Virus record (IMG/VR): IMGVR_UViG_3300013113_000858
Coordinates: 796-64,795 of that record
DNA length: 64,000 nt
Strand: one strand, 5' to 3'
DNA from: a virus
Lineage: Duplodnaviria; Caudoviricetes
Part shown: positions 1-9,990 of the stretch, one piece after another
Layout of the letters: each line of letters begins with the position of its first letter
How positions within the stretch are numbered: the first letter of the stretch is position 1
Position numbers and translations under genes: made by a program
Notes under the pieces: model-generated
The model's database searches: none
What the model was told of the DNA's origin: nothing
Seen by the model: only the letters and a program-made list of their open reading frames with translations

Positions 1-30
1 TATTTTTTTGAAACGCTTTGACAAGATATA

Positions 31-888
31 TTAAGTATTAATGAGGGATATAATAACTTCATATTTATCATAATCTTTGAGTAATTTCCGCATTGATTTT
101 CTATAAACCATCATAATTTGATGATTGGTCGTGGCCATACATAAATTTTCAAAACCTCTATAAGCTGAATGGATAGCCCCAACGACTTCTCCCGCACCGT
201 TTAGTATTGGTGATCCCGAAGAACCACCCTTAGTCGGAATGGAAAAGGCATAAGAAATTTGTTGACCTCTGTAAGTTTTCATTTTACCCAAAAAGAAACC
301 TTCAAATAACGGAATCATACTGGGAGCCCACAAACCCATAGGGGCGGCAATATTGTAATATTTCTCACCAATTAGTGGATCATTTTTGGCTATAGTTAAA
401 GCTGGTATTGATATTAGTGTCGTTGCTAATATACATATATCAGCCCGCAAGTTATATTCCATAGGAATTGCGGCATAAGCACGGCCTTTGTAATCGTTTA
501 ATATAAATGCGCTTTTTTCTTTTGTTTTCCAAGCGGGATTCCGAGGATTATAATCTTTTACAAAATAATTTATTTGTTTACCAGACATCATTGTGCATAC
601 ATGGGCTGAAGTTGCCACAAGTGATATATCTCGGTCGTGACCCACGATAAATCCTGAAGCAGCAGATTTTAAATCTAACTCATATTCTTCTACAACAGTA
701 TCAGTAGTAGACGATGTTTTTGTAACCACAATATTTTTATAAATATCAATCTTAAGGAAGGAGCGTCTCTTATCCCTAAACAGATCACCTGGACCGAGAA
801 GAAAAGTACCAGTCGCACATGAGGAACATCCAACAAATGTGATGAATAGTGTTAAAACCAGTAATATCTTTGCAACCGCATCTTTCAT
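31..888 (-). CDS. Trypsin-like (S1) serine protease, probable lipoprotein
   Basis: Catalytic triad motifs TSAHVC (His), ADICIL (Asp) and GGSSGSP (Ser). Hydrophobic N-terminus ends in a lipobox-like FVGC. Confidence 0.85.
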   Translation of the reverse strand: MKDAVAKILLVLTLFITFVGCSSCATGTFLLGPGDLFRDKRRSFLKIDIYKNIVVTKTSSTTDTVVEEYELDLKSAASGFIVGHDRDISLVATSAHVCTMMSGKQINYFVKDYNPRNPAWKTKEKSAFILNDYKGRAYAAIPMEYNLRADICILATTLISIPALTIAKNDPLIGEKYYNIAAPMGLWAPSMIPLFEGFFLGKMKTYRGQQISYAFSIPTKGGSSGSPILNGAGEVVGAIHSAYRGFENLCMATTNHQIMMVYRKSMRKLLKDYDKYEVIISLINT

Positions 889-943
889 GAGAATCTCCCT
901 TGCTCTTAAAACTAACTATCGAGTAAAAACTAAAACGACCACC

Positions 944-955
944 CTATTTATAAAT
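944..955. promoter_or_regulatory. Candidate late-promoter element CTATTTA overlapping palindrome ATTTATAAAT in the divergent intergenic region
   Basis: Perfect 10-bp palindrome at 946-955 between divergent genes. The CTA(T/A)TTA core recurs in other intergenic gaps. Confidence 0.4.
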
Positions 956-993
956 GAGCCCGATAACACAAGGGCAAAAAGCGATAGGTTTAT

Positions 994-2316
994 ATGGCAA
1001 AAAAATTTTATGTTTTAGACACGAGCGTATATCTTACTGATTCTTCTTCAATTTATTCATACGGAAATAATGATATCATCGTTCCGTTAGTGGTATTGGA
1101 AGAGTTAGATAATAATAAAAAAAGACCAAATGGTGTGGGAATAAATGCTAGAAGCATTATCCGTATTTTAGATAAACTAAGAGAAAAGGGGCAATTCCAA
1201 AAAGGAATTAGGATTCGAAAAGGGGCAGGACTGATATTTACTGTTGCACCCGATTTAAATGATCTCCCAGTTGGATATGACCCAGAAATTCCAGATCACC
1301 AAATCATCGCGACGGCGCTAACAGTTCAAAGAGAGCATCCAAACAAGAAAGTGGTTGTGGTATCTAATGATATTAATTTAAGGATTAAATGTGATGCTAT
1401 CGGAGTAGCAGCAGAGGCTTATGCTACCGAAAATGTAATTGAAAAAGGAAACGAACTTTATAATGGTTTTACAAAAGTTCTAGTAGATGATCAGATAATC
1501 GATAGGTTTTATTCTGGTGAAGATATTATTATCTCTGATGTTTCTGACGAAAAAGTCGATCTTTATCCTAATCAATTTATAATGCTTGTCTCTTCTTCCA
1601 ACGACAAGAAGACTGCAATTACAAGATATATGGATCATATCCGACCATTAAAAAAGATTCCTGAATATAAGGATGGTGGCTGGGGAATAACCCCAAAAAA
1701 CAAAGAACAAAATTTTGCTATGGATTTATTATTAGATCCTGATTTACCGGTAATATCACTTATTGGTAAGGCCGGAAGCGGGAAAACTCTGTGTGCAATT
1801 GCGGCAGGGTTAGAGCAGGTGATGGGCCAAGATCCGAAATACAATAGGTTAATTGTTTCTAGGCCAATCCAACCAATGGGTAAAGATATTGGATATTTAC
1901 CTGGGACAATGGAGGAGAAAATGGCACCTTGGCTCGCCCCAATTCAAGATAATTTGAGATTTCTTTTTGGAAATGATAACTTAATGTTGGAATCTTATAT
2001 GGAAAAGGGGATTATTGAAGTGGAAGCGATCACATACATTCGAGGAAGATCAATTCAGAAATCATTTATTATTATTGATGAATGTCAAAACCTAACACAA
2101 CATGAAATTAAAACTATTTTGACTCGCGTTGGACATGATAGTAAGATTATTTTAACAGGTGATATTGAACAAATTGACAATGTTAATATAGATGAGACTT
2201 CCAATGGTTTAACATATGTGATTGAAAAATTAAAGCCTTACGATGTGACCGGCCATATTACCTTTTTGAAAGGAGAACGTTCGAAAGTCGCAACATTGTG
2301 CGCAAAAGTTCTTTAA
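994..2316 (+). CDS. phoH: PhoH-family ATPase with N-terminal PIN domain (PhoH2/YlaK-like)
   Basis: PIN motifs VLDTSV, VLEELD and SNDINLRIK; Walker A GKAGSGKT; PhoH motifs GYLPG, YIRGRS, IIDECQN and TGDIEQID. Confidence 0.93.
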   Translation: MAKKFYVLDTSVYLTDSSSIYSYGNNDIIVPLVVLEELDNNKKRPNGVGINARSIIRILDKLREKGQFQKGIRIRKGAGLIFTVAPDLNDLPVGYDPEIPDHQIIATALTVQREHPNKKVVVVSNDINLRIKCDAIGVAAEAYATENVIEKGNELYNGFTKVLVDDQIIDRFYSGEDIIISDVSDEKVDLYPNQFIMLVSSSNDKKTAITRYMDHIRPLKKIPEYKDGGWGITPKNKEQNFAMDLLLDPDLPVISLIGKAGSGKTLCAIAAGLEQVMGQDPKYNRLIVSRPIQPMGKDIGYLPGTMEEKMAPWLAPIQDNLRFLFGNDNLMLESYMEKGIIEVEAITYIRGRSIQKSFIIIDECQNLTQHEIKTILTRVGHDSKIILTGDIEQIDNVNIDETSNGLTYVIEKLKPYDVTGHITFLKGERSKVATLCAKVL

Positions 2317-2367
2317 TTTTAAAAGTATTGAAAAGTGTGATATTATATTTTCAATATTTATTGATAT

Positions 2368-3060
2368 ATGAAAGATTATTTAAAAAACTCTTTTAACAAA
2401 GCTATGAAAGAAAGAAAAGAATATTATTTATATGATATTCCTATCTATCTTTTGAATAAATTCCCTGATCATATAAATATTGAAAATATTTTACAAGAGT
2501 TGACTGACTACCTTCCCTATGAACTCATCTCTGATTTAGATTCGATGTATGTGGGTGAATTTAAGGAATTCAAAGAAAGAGACATCCAAGCTTTTTTAAA
2601 AGATGGTGCCATCTACATATCTTCTTTTAAAGGAGCCCAAAATATAACTGAAGAAATTATAGTTGGCAATATAATTCATGAAGTCGGTCATTTGGTCGAA
2701 GAAAAATTTTATTTTGATTTATTTTCTGACTCTAAAATAGAAAAAGAGTATATTGGCAAGAAAAAGAGGCTCGTTGATCTTTTGAGAGCGAACGGTGTAT
2801 CGTTCTTGGAAATGGGGCATATGTTCTTTTCTGAAGATATGGTTGATGAGTTGGATGATTTTCTATATAAAACATTGGGATACGATAACTTAATCATTTT
2901 AACTACAGGTTTGTTTTTATCTCCGTACTCTGTAACCTCAATTCGTGAATATTTTGCAAATGGCTTCGAAGAATATATATTTGGGGATAGAAACTATTTA
3001 AAAGAGATAAGTCCAACCTTGTATAATAAGTTGGATTCGTTAATGGAAACAATTATATGA
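2368..3060 (+). CDS. Zincin-like metallopeptidase-domain protein
   Basis: HEVGH (HExxH) plus downstream REYFANGFE, where the Glu could be the third zinc ligand. Confidence 0.55.
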   Translation: MKDYLKNSFNKAMKERKEYYLYDIPIYLLNKFPDHINIENILQELTDYLPYELISDLDSMYVGEFKEFKERDIQAFLKDGAIYISSFKGAQNITEEIIVGNIIHEVGHLVEEKFYFDLFSDSKIEKEYIGKKKRLVDLLRANGVSFLEMGHMFFSEDMVDELDDFLYKTLGYDNLIILTTGLFLSPYSVTSIREYFANGFEEYIFGDRNYLKEISPTLYNKLDSLMETII

Positions 3061-3392
3061 TTAAATTTAATATTACAAAAGATTTGGAAAACAATACTTT
3101 AAAAGTTGTTGCATCTGTTCCTGACGACAAACATCAATGGTGGGTTTGTGAATTGAAGGATGTAGAGTCTTATCTAAGGGAAAACCATATATCTCACGGG
3201 AAATGTATTCACGATGATTATGCTTGTAATCACATGCCTAAGTGGGAAGGTACTTTTTTGTTTGAATTAAAGGAAAAAGAGTCTATTAAAAAAGAAATTC
3301 CCAAGAAAGTGGTTGACAAAACCACATCTAATGTGATATCATCTAACAAAGCTAAAAGAACTAAAAAGGTTGTAAAAGCTAAAGATGATTAA
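3057..3392 (+). CDS. Hypothetical protein with basic C-terminal tail
   Basis: ORF coupled by an ATGA overlap to the upstream gene; no recognisable motif. Confidence 0.6.
   Translation: MIKFNITKDLENNTLKVVASVPDDKHQWWVCELKDVESYLRENHISHGKCIHDDYACNHMPKWEGTFLFELKEKESIKKEIPKKVVDKTTSNVISSNKAKRTKKVVKAKDD
3313..3342 (+). promoter_or_regulatory. Sigma70-type promoter upstream of the nuclease/glycosyltransferase genes
   Basis: TTGACA (3313-3318), 18-bp spacer, extended -10 TGaTATCAT (TATCAT 3337-3342); about 50 bp before the ATG at 3395. Confidence 0.55.
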
Positions 3393-3394
3393 AG

Positions 3395-4162
3395 ATGCCA
3401 CATATTTCCTACAGCGCCATAAAAAATTGGGATTTTTGTCCCTTCTATCATAAGTTAACGTATTTGGATAAAGTTAAACTATTCCAAGGAAACGTTTACA
3501 CTGCTTTTGGCACCGCACTTCATGAGGCTTGTGAAAAACTTGCCCTTGATAACAGTGTAGATTATGAAAATGTTTTTAAATCTTCTTTTAAAGAAGAACT
3601 ACAGACTCTAAAAGAAATACCAGAAGAACACGCATCTTTAATTTTAGAGATGAAAGAACAAGGTATCGAATTAGCTTCTATGATCTTGAAAGCCTTGAAT
3701 ATAAAATTTCCCGATTTTTCAGTAGTTTCCGCAGAAGAAAAAATCATCCAACCGATTAGTGGCTTGGAGATTGAGTATGATTATAAAGGTTTCTTGGACC
3801 TTGTAATCAAAACCCCTGATGAGAAGTATCATATTATCGATTGGAAATCTTGTTCTTGGGGTTGGGATATCGAAAAGAAGACAAACGCAATTGTGACATA
3901 CCAGTTAACTTATTATAAAAAATTTTTTTGTGATAAACACAAAATTGATCCAAAAATGGTAGAAACTTATTTTGGTCTTCTAAAGAGAACAGCCAAGAAA
4001 AACAAAGTAGAATTCTATAGAGTTTCCAGCGGTCCTAGAAAAATCAAAAATGCATTAAACATTTTAAATAAAGCGGTGTATAATATTAACAATAATAACC
4101 ACCCCAAAAACCGTTTAAAATGTACAAAATGCGAGTTTAATAAAACGGAGTGGTGCCAATAG
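3395..4162 (+). CDS. PD-(D/E)XK nuclease, Cas4/AddB/RecB-like, with probable Fe-S cysteines
   Basis: ISYS...CP, FGTALH, GFLDLV, IIDWKS and QLTYY motifs; C-terminal CTKCEFNKTEWC gives the 1+3 Cys pattern. Confidence 0.85.
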   Translation: MPHISYSAIKNWDFCPFYHKLTYLDKVKLFQGNVYTAFGTALHEACEKLALDNSVDYENVFKSSFKEELQTLKEIPEEHASLILEMKEQGIELASMILKALNIKFPDFSVVSAEEKIIQPISGLEIEYDYKGFLDLVIKTPDEKYHIIDWKSCSWGWDIEKKTNAIVTYQLTYYKKFFCDKHKIDPKMVETYFGLLKRTAKKNKVEFYRVSSGPRKIKNALNILNKAVYNINNNNHPKNRLKCTKCEFNKTEWCQ

Positions 4163-4169
4163 GAGAATA

Positions 4170-5501
4170 ATGGCAGACAAGAAGATAAAAGTCTTAACAA
4201 TTTCAGACCATCCCTTATCACCATCCGGCGTCGGAACACAAACTAAATATTTTATTGTAGAGCTTTTAAAAACTGGCAAATTTTCGTTTGTAAGTCTAGC
4301 GGGGGCCATAAAACACGACTCTTACAATCCAACCAAAACCGAAGAATTTGGCGATGATTGGGAAATCCACCCAGTCGATGGCTACGGAAACCCGGACATT
4401 ATTAGATCATTAATCAGGTTTCATAAACCAGATATTCTATGGTTTATGACTGATCCACGATTTTATGGTTGGTTATGGCAAATGGAAAATGAAATCAGAT
4501 CATTGGTTCCAATGGTTTATTATCATGTATGGGATAATTATCCTTACCCTAACTTTAACAAGGTCGCATACGATTCCACAGATGCCGTTGTTACAATTTC
4601 TAAAGTAACCTCTGATATTGTAAAAACTGTATCTCCAGATGTGTATGAAGCTCATATTCCACATTCCTGCCCGCCAAACTTGTTTATCAAAACACCGATA
4701 GATACTCAAAAAAATATGCGCAAGCATTTGTTTGGTGATGATAATCCAGATCGTTTTTTCGTATTTTGGAATTCAAGAAATGCTCGAAGAAAACAGAGTG
4801 GGGCGTTGATTTGGTGGTTCAACGACTTCTTAAAAGAGATTAAAAAAGAAGACGAAAATGCAACTGCCTCATTGGTTATGCATACTGACCCAAAAGACCC
4901 CAACGGTCAGGATTTGTATGCGATCATAAATGAGCTAGGGCTAAACAACAAAGAAGTTATGATCTCCACAGACAAAATCTCCCCTCAAGATCTTGCAGTT
5001 ATGTATAGTGCAGCAGATGTGACAATGGGAATTTCAGATGCAGAGGGTTTTGGTCTTTCTACGTTTGAATCATTAATGTGTGAAACACCGATCATAGTTA
5101 CAATGACTGGAGGGCTTCAAGAGCAAGTGACACCAATAACAAAAATATCAAAAGATATTATGTTAGAGAGGAACGCAGCCAACCCCGGAGCAACAGTGTA
5201 TGAACATGGAATTGGTATTGAACCCCGAGCAAAATCAGTAATCGGCTCCCAACCAGTTCCATACATTTATGAAGATAGAATTTCTGGTAGAGATATGGTC
5301 GAAGCTTTAACTACGATGTATAACTTTGGACCCGAGAAAAGGCAGAAGCTTGGCGAAGCGGGCCGTAAACATATTTTAACAAATTATAATTATGACAATT
5401 ATATTAAACAGTGGGAAAAGGTTATGACCGAAGTACATGAGATAAACGGTTCATGGGAAAATAGAAAGAATTATAAATCTTGGGAGTTGAAAGCAGTATG
5501 A
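4170..5501 (+). CDS. Glycosyltransferase, GT4/GT-B
   Basis: N-terminal ISDHPLSPSGVG, RNARRK and EGFGLSTFESL (ExFGLxxxE) motifs; AGGAG RBS. Confidence 0.88.
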   Translation: MADKKIKVLTISDHPLSPSGVGTQTKYFIVELLKTGKFSFVSLAGAIKHDSYNPTKTEEFGDDWEIHPVDGYGNPDIIRSLIRFHKPDILWFMTDPRFYGWLWQMENEIRSLVPMVYYHVWDNYPYPNFNKVAYDSTDAVVTISKVTSDIVKTVSPDVYEAHIPHSCPPNLFIKTPIDTQKNMRKHLFGDDNPDRFFVFWNSRNARRKQSGALIWWFNDFLKEIKKEDENATASLVMHTDPKDPNGQDLYAIINELGLNNKEVMISTDKISPQDLAVMYSAADVTMGISDAEGFGLSTFESLMCETPIIVTMTGGLQEQVTPITKISKDIMLERNAANPGATVYEHGIGIEPRAKSVIGSQPVPYIYEDRISGRDMVEALTTMYNFGPEKRQKLGEAGRKHILTNYNYDNYIKQWEKVMTEVHEINGSWENRKNYKSWELKAV

Positions 5502-7654
5502 ATCCAAAAAAAGTAGTAGTCAGAGGACCAGCCCTTAGCCAAAGCGGGTATGGAGAGCACACACGCTTTGTTCTTAGATCTCTAAAAAGTAGACCAGATT
5601 TGTTTGAGGTATTTCTGTTGAATGTCAATTGGGGGCAAACAGGTTGGATTTGGGAAAATTCACCAGAGCGTTCTTGGATTGATTCAATACTTCAAAAAAC
5701 TATTGCTTTCGGTGAGCAGGGGGGAAGATTTGATCTATCTGTCCAAGTCCAAATCCCCAATGAGTGGGAACGACTCGCTCCGGTTAATATCGGAGTTACA
5801 GCAGGGATCGAATCAACTAAAATATCTTCTGAGTGGGTGCAGGGAACGAAAAACGTTGACAAGATCGTAGTCGTGTCAGAACACTCAAAGTACGGATTTG
5901 CAAACACAATCTATGAGGCGACAGATCAAAACACAAACCAGAGAGTGTCACTTAAAACCACTTGTCCCATTGAGGTCGTAGGGTATCCTGTAAAAGACAT
6001 TAACCCAGATAAAAGTTTTAAATTAAAGTTAAAACATAAATTTAATTTCTTAACAGTTGGCACCTGGATTGCAAGAAAGAATCTAGAAAATACAATTAAA
6101 TATTTTGTGGAAGAATTTAGAGATCAAGATGTTGGCCTGATTGTAAAAACTAGTTTAGTGAAGAACTGTTTAGAAGATAGGCATCACACATATAATAAAC
6201 TAAAAGAATTGCTGTCGGAATATGAGGATAGGAAGTGTGAAGTTTATTTGTTGCACGGAGACTTAAGTGAGGCAGAAATGACCTCTTTATATAGGAATCC
6301 TAAAGTTAAATGCCTCCTCAGTCTCACCCACGGCGAGGGCTTTGGATTACCACTCTTTGAGGCTGCTTATAACGGGCTGCCCGTAATTGCACCTAATTGG
6401 AGCGGTCATTGCGACTTCCTGTATATGCCTCTAAAAGCAAAAAACGGGAAAATTAAGAGAACACCAATGTTTACTCCAGTCTCTTATGATATCAAACCAA
6501 TCCAACAATCAGCACATTGGAATGGGGTTTTGCAAAAAGATTCAATGTGGTGTTTTCCGCAAGAATGGAATGCTAAAAAAGCGATGCGCGAGGTGTATAA
6601 AAACCATACATCCTTAAAATCAAAGGCCAAAAAGCTACAAAAGTATGTAATTAAAGAATTTTCAAAAGAAAACCAATTCAAGAAAATGGTAGACACTGTT
6701 TCTCCAAATAATCAAGAATTAAAACTAGATTATGTTTTTGTTGCAGACGCTTTTGCTAATCAATACCTCGGTGGAGCAGAACTAAGCCTTCAAGCATTAA
6801 TTGAGAAAGCACCAGGCAGCAATCTTTTGCTAAACGCTAATGTTGTTGATGTTGATACGGTAGAAAATTATAAAGATAAAAAATGGATTTTTGGCAATTT
6901 CTTCACCTTATCTAAAGAAGTTTTAAAGCTGTTCGCAGAAAGCGATGTAGAATATTACGTTATTGATTCAGATTACCATTTTTGCGAACATCGATTGAAA
7001 GAGTTGTGTATGATGTATAATTCTTCTGATGATTGTTATTGCCCTGAAAAAACAGAACATGGTAAGATTGTGAGATCCTTTTTAAAGAATTCAAAAGTGA
7101 CATTCTTTAGATCCGAGGAACACAAAAATCAATATCTACAAAAGATTGATCTTATGGAAGAGCAAGCAAAAGTTTTGACTTCAAACTTTTCTTCTGATAA
7201 TTTAAATTTAATTTCTCGAATGAGAGAAGATTTTAAGAATCTGAAAGAAGATTTTTGGGTTGTCACTTCGTCCCCGTCATTTGTTAAGGGTGCAACTGCG
7301 GCAAAGGCTTGGTGTGAAGCAAATAATAAAAAATATGTTGAAGTTCACGGAAAGAGTTATATAGAAACCTTACAGATCCTAGCCAGAGCACAAGGTTATT
7401 GTACGATGCCAGCAGGAGCAGATACTTGCCCGAGAATGGTCATTGAAGCAAAATTGCTTGGTTGTGAACTTCAAATGAATGAAAATGTACTACACTCAAA
7501 TGAAGAATGGTTTAATATGGAAAATATTTCTGATATTGAAACATATCTAAAAAGTCAAACAGATTATTTCTGGTCATTTGTAAATGATAATTTAAATATT
7601 GAGGTTATTAGTGGAAATCAATTTCAAAATCGTAGTCACGATGTTCAATGTTGA
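5498..7654 (+). CDS. Two-module glycosyltransferase (GT4 plus a second divergent GT-B module)
   Basis: SGYG and EGFGLPLFEAA in the first half; GGAELS and DTCPRMVIEAKLLGC in the second. Start moved to the ATG at 5498 (ATGA overlap). Confidence 0.85.
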   Translation: MNPKKVVVRGPALSQSGYGEHTRFVLRSLKSRPDLFEVFLLNVNWGQTGWIWENSPERSWIDSILQKTIAFGEQGGRFDLSVQVQIPNEWERLAPVNIGVTAGIESTKISSEWVQGTKNVDKIVVVSEHSKYGFANTIYEATDQNTNQRVSLKTTCPIEVVGYPVKDINPDKSFKLKLKHKFNFLTVGTWIARKNLENTIKYFVEEFRDQDVGLIVKTSLVKNCLEDRHHTYNKLKELLSEYEDRKCEVYLLHGDLSEAEMTSLYRNPKVKCLLSLTHGEGFGLPLFEAAYNGLPVIAPNWSGHCDFLYMPLKAKNGKIKRTPMFTPVSYDIKPIQQSAHWNGVLQKDSMWCFPQEWNAKKAMREVYKNHTSLKSKAKKLQKYVIKEFSKENQFKKMVDTVSPNNQELKLDYVFVADAFANQYLGGAELSLQALIEKAPGSNLLLNANVVDVDTVENYKDKKWIFGNFFTLSKEVLKLFAESDVEYYVIDSDYHFCEHRLKELCMMYNSSDDCYCPEKTEHGKIVRSFLKNSKVTFFRSEEHKNQYLQKIDLMEEQAKVLTSNFSSDNLNLISRMREDFKNLKEDFWVVTSSPSFVKGATAAKAWCEANNKKYVEVHGKSYIETLQILARAQGYCTMPAGADTCPRMVIEAKLLGCELQMNENVLHSNEEWFNMENISDIETYLKSQTDYFWSFVNDNLNIEVISGNQFQNRSHDVQC

Positions 7655-8357
7655 GAAGTGGGCTGAAAAAACTGTTAAAAGCGTAGTAAATCAAGAGTAT
7701 AGCAACTTTTCTGCTATATTTGTTGATGATATTTCAACTGACAATACAGCTAAAATTGTTTCTGAGATTATTGAGGGAGACGATAGATTTACATTAGTCA
7801 AGAATACAGAAAAAAAATATTCTTTAAAAAACATCTACGATGGTATTAATATTTTAAACCCCGACAGTAATGATGTGATTGTTTCGCTCGACGGCGACGA
7901 TTGGTTGGCAAACCCACAAGTATTATCTAAGTTAAATAATATATATAACAACAATGACTGTTGGGTTACTTATGGAAGTTATTTAGAGTTCCCGACTGGG
8001 AATATTGGTATTGAATCCTCTCCATATCCAAGCTCCGTAATTACTAACAATTCTTATAGAAAAGAAAAGTGGAGAGCTTCACACTTAAGAACCTTTAAGT
8101 ATGGGCTTTGGGATAAGATTAAGTATGAAGATTTTTTATACCTTGATGACAAGTTCTGTCGCACTTGTATTGATAAAGCATTTATGTATCCTCTGCTAGA
8201 AATGGCCGGACCTCGTGCAAGATATGTTAGCGATATACTTTATATTTACAATCTAGTGAACCCGAATAATGTACACAAGGTTGATAGAACACTCCAATTG
8301 AATACTGATGCATTTTTACAAGCTAAAACACCCTACTCACGAGTAGACCAGCTATGA
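7611..8357 (+). CDS. Glycosyltransferase, GT2/GT-A
   Basis: FNVEKW, VDDISTD and LDGDDWL (DxD) motifs; GTG start at 7611 after GAGG. Confidence 0.88.
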   Translation: MEINFKIVVTMFNVEKWAEKTVKSVVNQEYSNFSAIFVDDISTDNTAKIVSEIIEGDDRFTLVKNTEKKYSLKNIYDGINILNPDSNDVIVSLDGDDWLANPQVLSKLNNIYNNNDCWVTYGSYLEFPTGNIGIESSPYPSSVITNNSYRKEKWRASHLRTFKYGLWDKIKYEDFLYLDDKFCRTCIDKAFMYPLLEMAGPRARYVSDILYIYNLVNPNNVHKVDRTLQLNTDAFLQAKTPYSRVDQL

Positions 8358-9286
8358 AAATTTTTTTAGAAAATGTTAATATAAATTCCTCTAGTGGGCC
8401 AAACCATTTTGGGAGAAAATTAAAAAAATTTTTAGAAAGAACAGACAACACTTGTGTTTTAACCCCCCAAGTTTGTGATTCTCACTTGTGCTTTATACAA
8501 TCAAATTGTTCAATTCAAAATACTCCACTGGTTTTGAGACTTGATAGCATCTATTTTGATCCAGCCCAAAATATAGATTTTTTAAATTCACCAATTAGAA
8601 AGACATACGAGAGAGCAGATGGGGTGATTTTCCAATCAGAGTTTTCAAAAAATCTTGTTTTTAATTACTTCGGAAAGCATGATGATTGCAAGGTCATCAG
8701 AAATGGAGCAGATCAAGAATTTATTGATGCAATCGAGCCACTAAACTCAAAACAAATTGATAAATTTGATAAAGTGTGGTCTTGCGCCGCAAGTTGGTAT
8801 TATGACCAGCAGTTGACCCAACCCCGGACAAGAAAGAGGTTAAAAGAAAATATTGCATATTTCTTAGAGTTTTCAGGCGAAAATGACTGCCTCATCATTG
8901 CTGGAGATGTGCCGCCACGTGACAGGTCAAATAGTAATAAAATATTTTACACTGGGAACCTCAACACACCTACTTTGTTTTCGTTATACAAAAGATCAGA
9001 TTATTTCATACACTTATCTAGTTATGAATCTTGTCCAAATGTTGTTATAGACGCGAGAGCCGCAGGTTGTGAAATTATTTGTTCTTCTCTGGGAGGTACA
9101 GCTGAGATTGCCGGAGCGGGCGCGACTGTGGTTCAAGATTTTGAATGGGACTTCACTTCAAAAAATTTAAAAATTGAAAACAATATTAACTTTTCTAAAA
9201 TATATAAAAATGAATTCAATTCTGAATATGATATGGTAGAAGTATCTAAAAAATATGAAGATTATATGTTAAAATTCAATATATGA
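8354..9286 (+). CDS. Glycosyltransferase, GT4-like
   Basis: SGPNHF, IFQSEF, IRNGAD and ESCPNVVIDARAAG motifs. Confidence 0.8.
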   Translation: MKIFLENVNINSSSGPNHFGRKLKKFLERTDNTCVLTPQVCDSHLCFIQSNCSIQNTPLVLRLDSIYFDPAQNIDFLNSPIRKTYERADGVIFQSEFSKNLVFNYFGKHDDCKVIRNGADQEFIDAIEPLNSKQIDKFDKVWSCAASWYYDQQLTQPRTRKRLKENIAYFLEFSGENDCLIIAGDVPPRDRSNSNKIFYTGNLNTPTLFSLYKRSDYFIHLSSYESCPNVVIDARAAGCEIICSSLGGTAEIAGAGATVVQDFEWDFTSKNLKIENNINFSKIYKNEFNSEYDMVEVSKKYEDYMLKFNI

Positions 9287-9990
9287 TTAAAAAGGTGTTC
9301 ATTAAGGATTATTTCAAAGAAACTGGTTATGATTGGGAAAAGGATTTGAAAGACCTTTCAACAATTTGCCATTTTACCAAAACCAGAGTAGATTCAAAAA
9401 GAGCGGAAGGTGAATTAACTTTTGGTCATGAACAAACTTTCCTATTAAAGTCTATAGCTCACAATATTAAAGCTAAATCTTTTTTTGAGATTGGAACAGG
9501 GAGGGGTACTGCTTGTTATGCCACTTCACTTGAACCTACAATGGAAAAAATAGTTACAGTTGATATCCTATCTCTATATGACAAGATGAGTACGGCAATT
9601 GGATATAAGCCAGCTACGGCATCAAACTATGATATTTTTCAAATGATTCCATTTGAACAAAAAGAAAAAATTTCCTTCAAACACAGGTCAGAACTTACAT
9701 ACATCTTAGACGATTTAGAAGATGAACAATTTGAGTTGGCGTTTATAGATGGAGAGCACGATGATATTTCTATTATCAAAGAAGATTATGAAATATGCAA
9801 AAAAGTGGTGAAACCTGGCTGCCCGATTATTTTTGATGATTATCACCCAGAAAAATTTTCTGTTAAAAAAGTGGTCGATGAGATTATTGAAAATGATCCA
9901 TCACTCGAAGCCACCTTGTTTATTTTTTCAGGTCATCTTTTCGATGAATCCCGAAAAGCAGAAGATTATGGCGTTGTAATGTTGAAATGA
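9283..9990 (+). CDS. Class I SAM-dependent methyltransferase (Methyltransf_24-like)
   Basis: EIGTGRG, FIDGEH and IIFDDY motifs. Confidence 0.85.
   Translation: MIKKVFIKDYFKETGYDWEKDLKDLSTICHFTKTRVDSKRAEGELTFGHEQTFLLKSIAHNIKAKSFFEIGTGRGTACYATSLEPTMEKIVTVDILSLYDKMSTAIGYKPATASNYDIFQMIPFEQKEKISFKHRSELTYILDDLEDEQFELAFIDGEHDDISIIKEDYEICKKVVKPGCPIIFDDYHPEKFSVKKVVDEIIENDPSLEATLFIFSGHLFDESRKAEDYGVVMLK

Noticed and set aside
3395-4162. Cas4-like gene as evidence of a CRISPR-Cas system
   Set aside because: No cas1/cas2 or effector genes, no repeat-spacer array seen, and intergenic gaps are too short to hold one.
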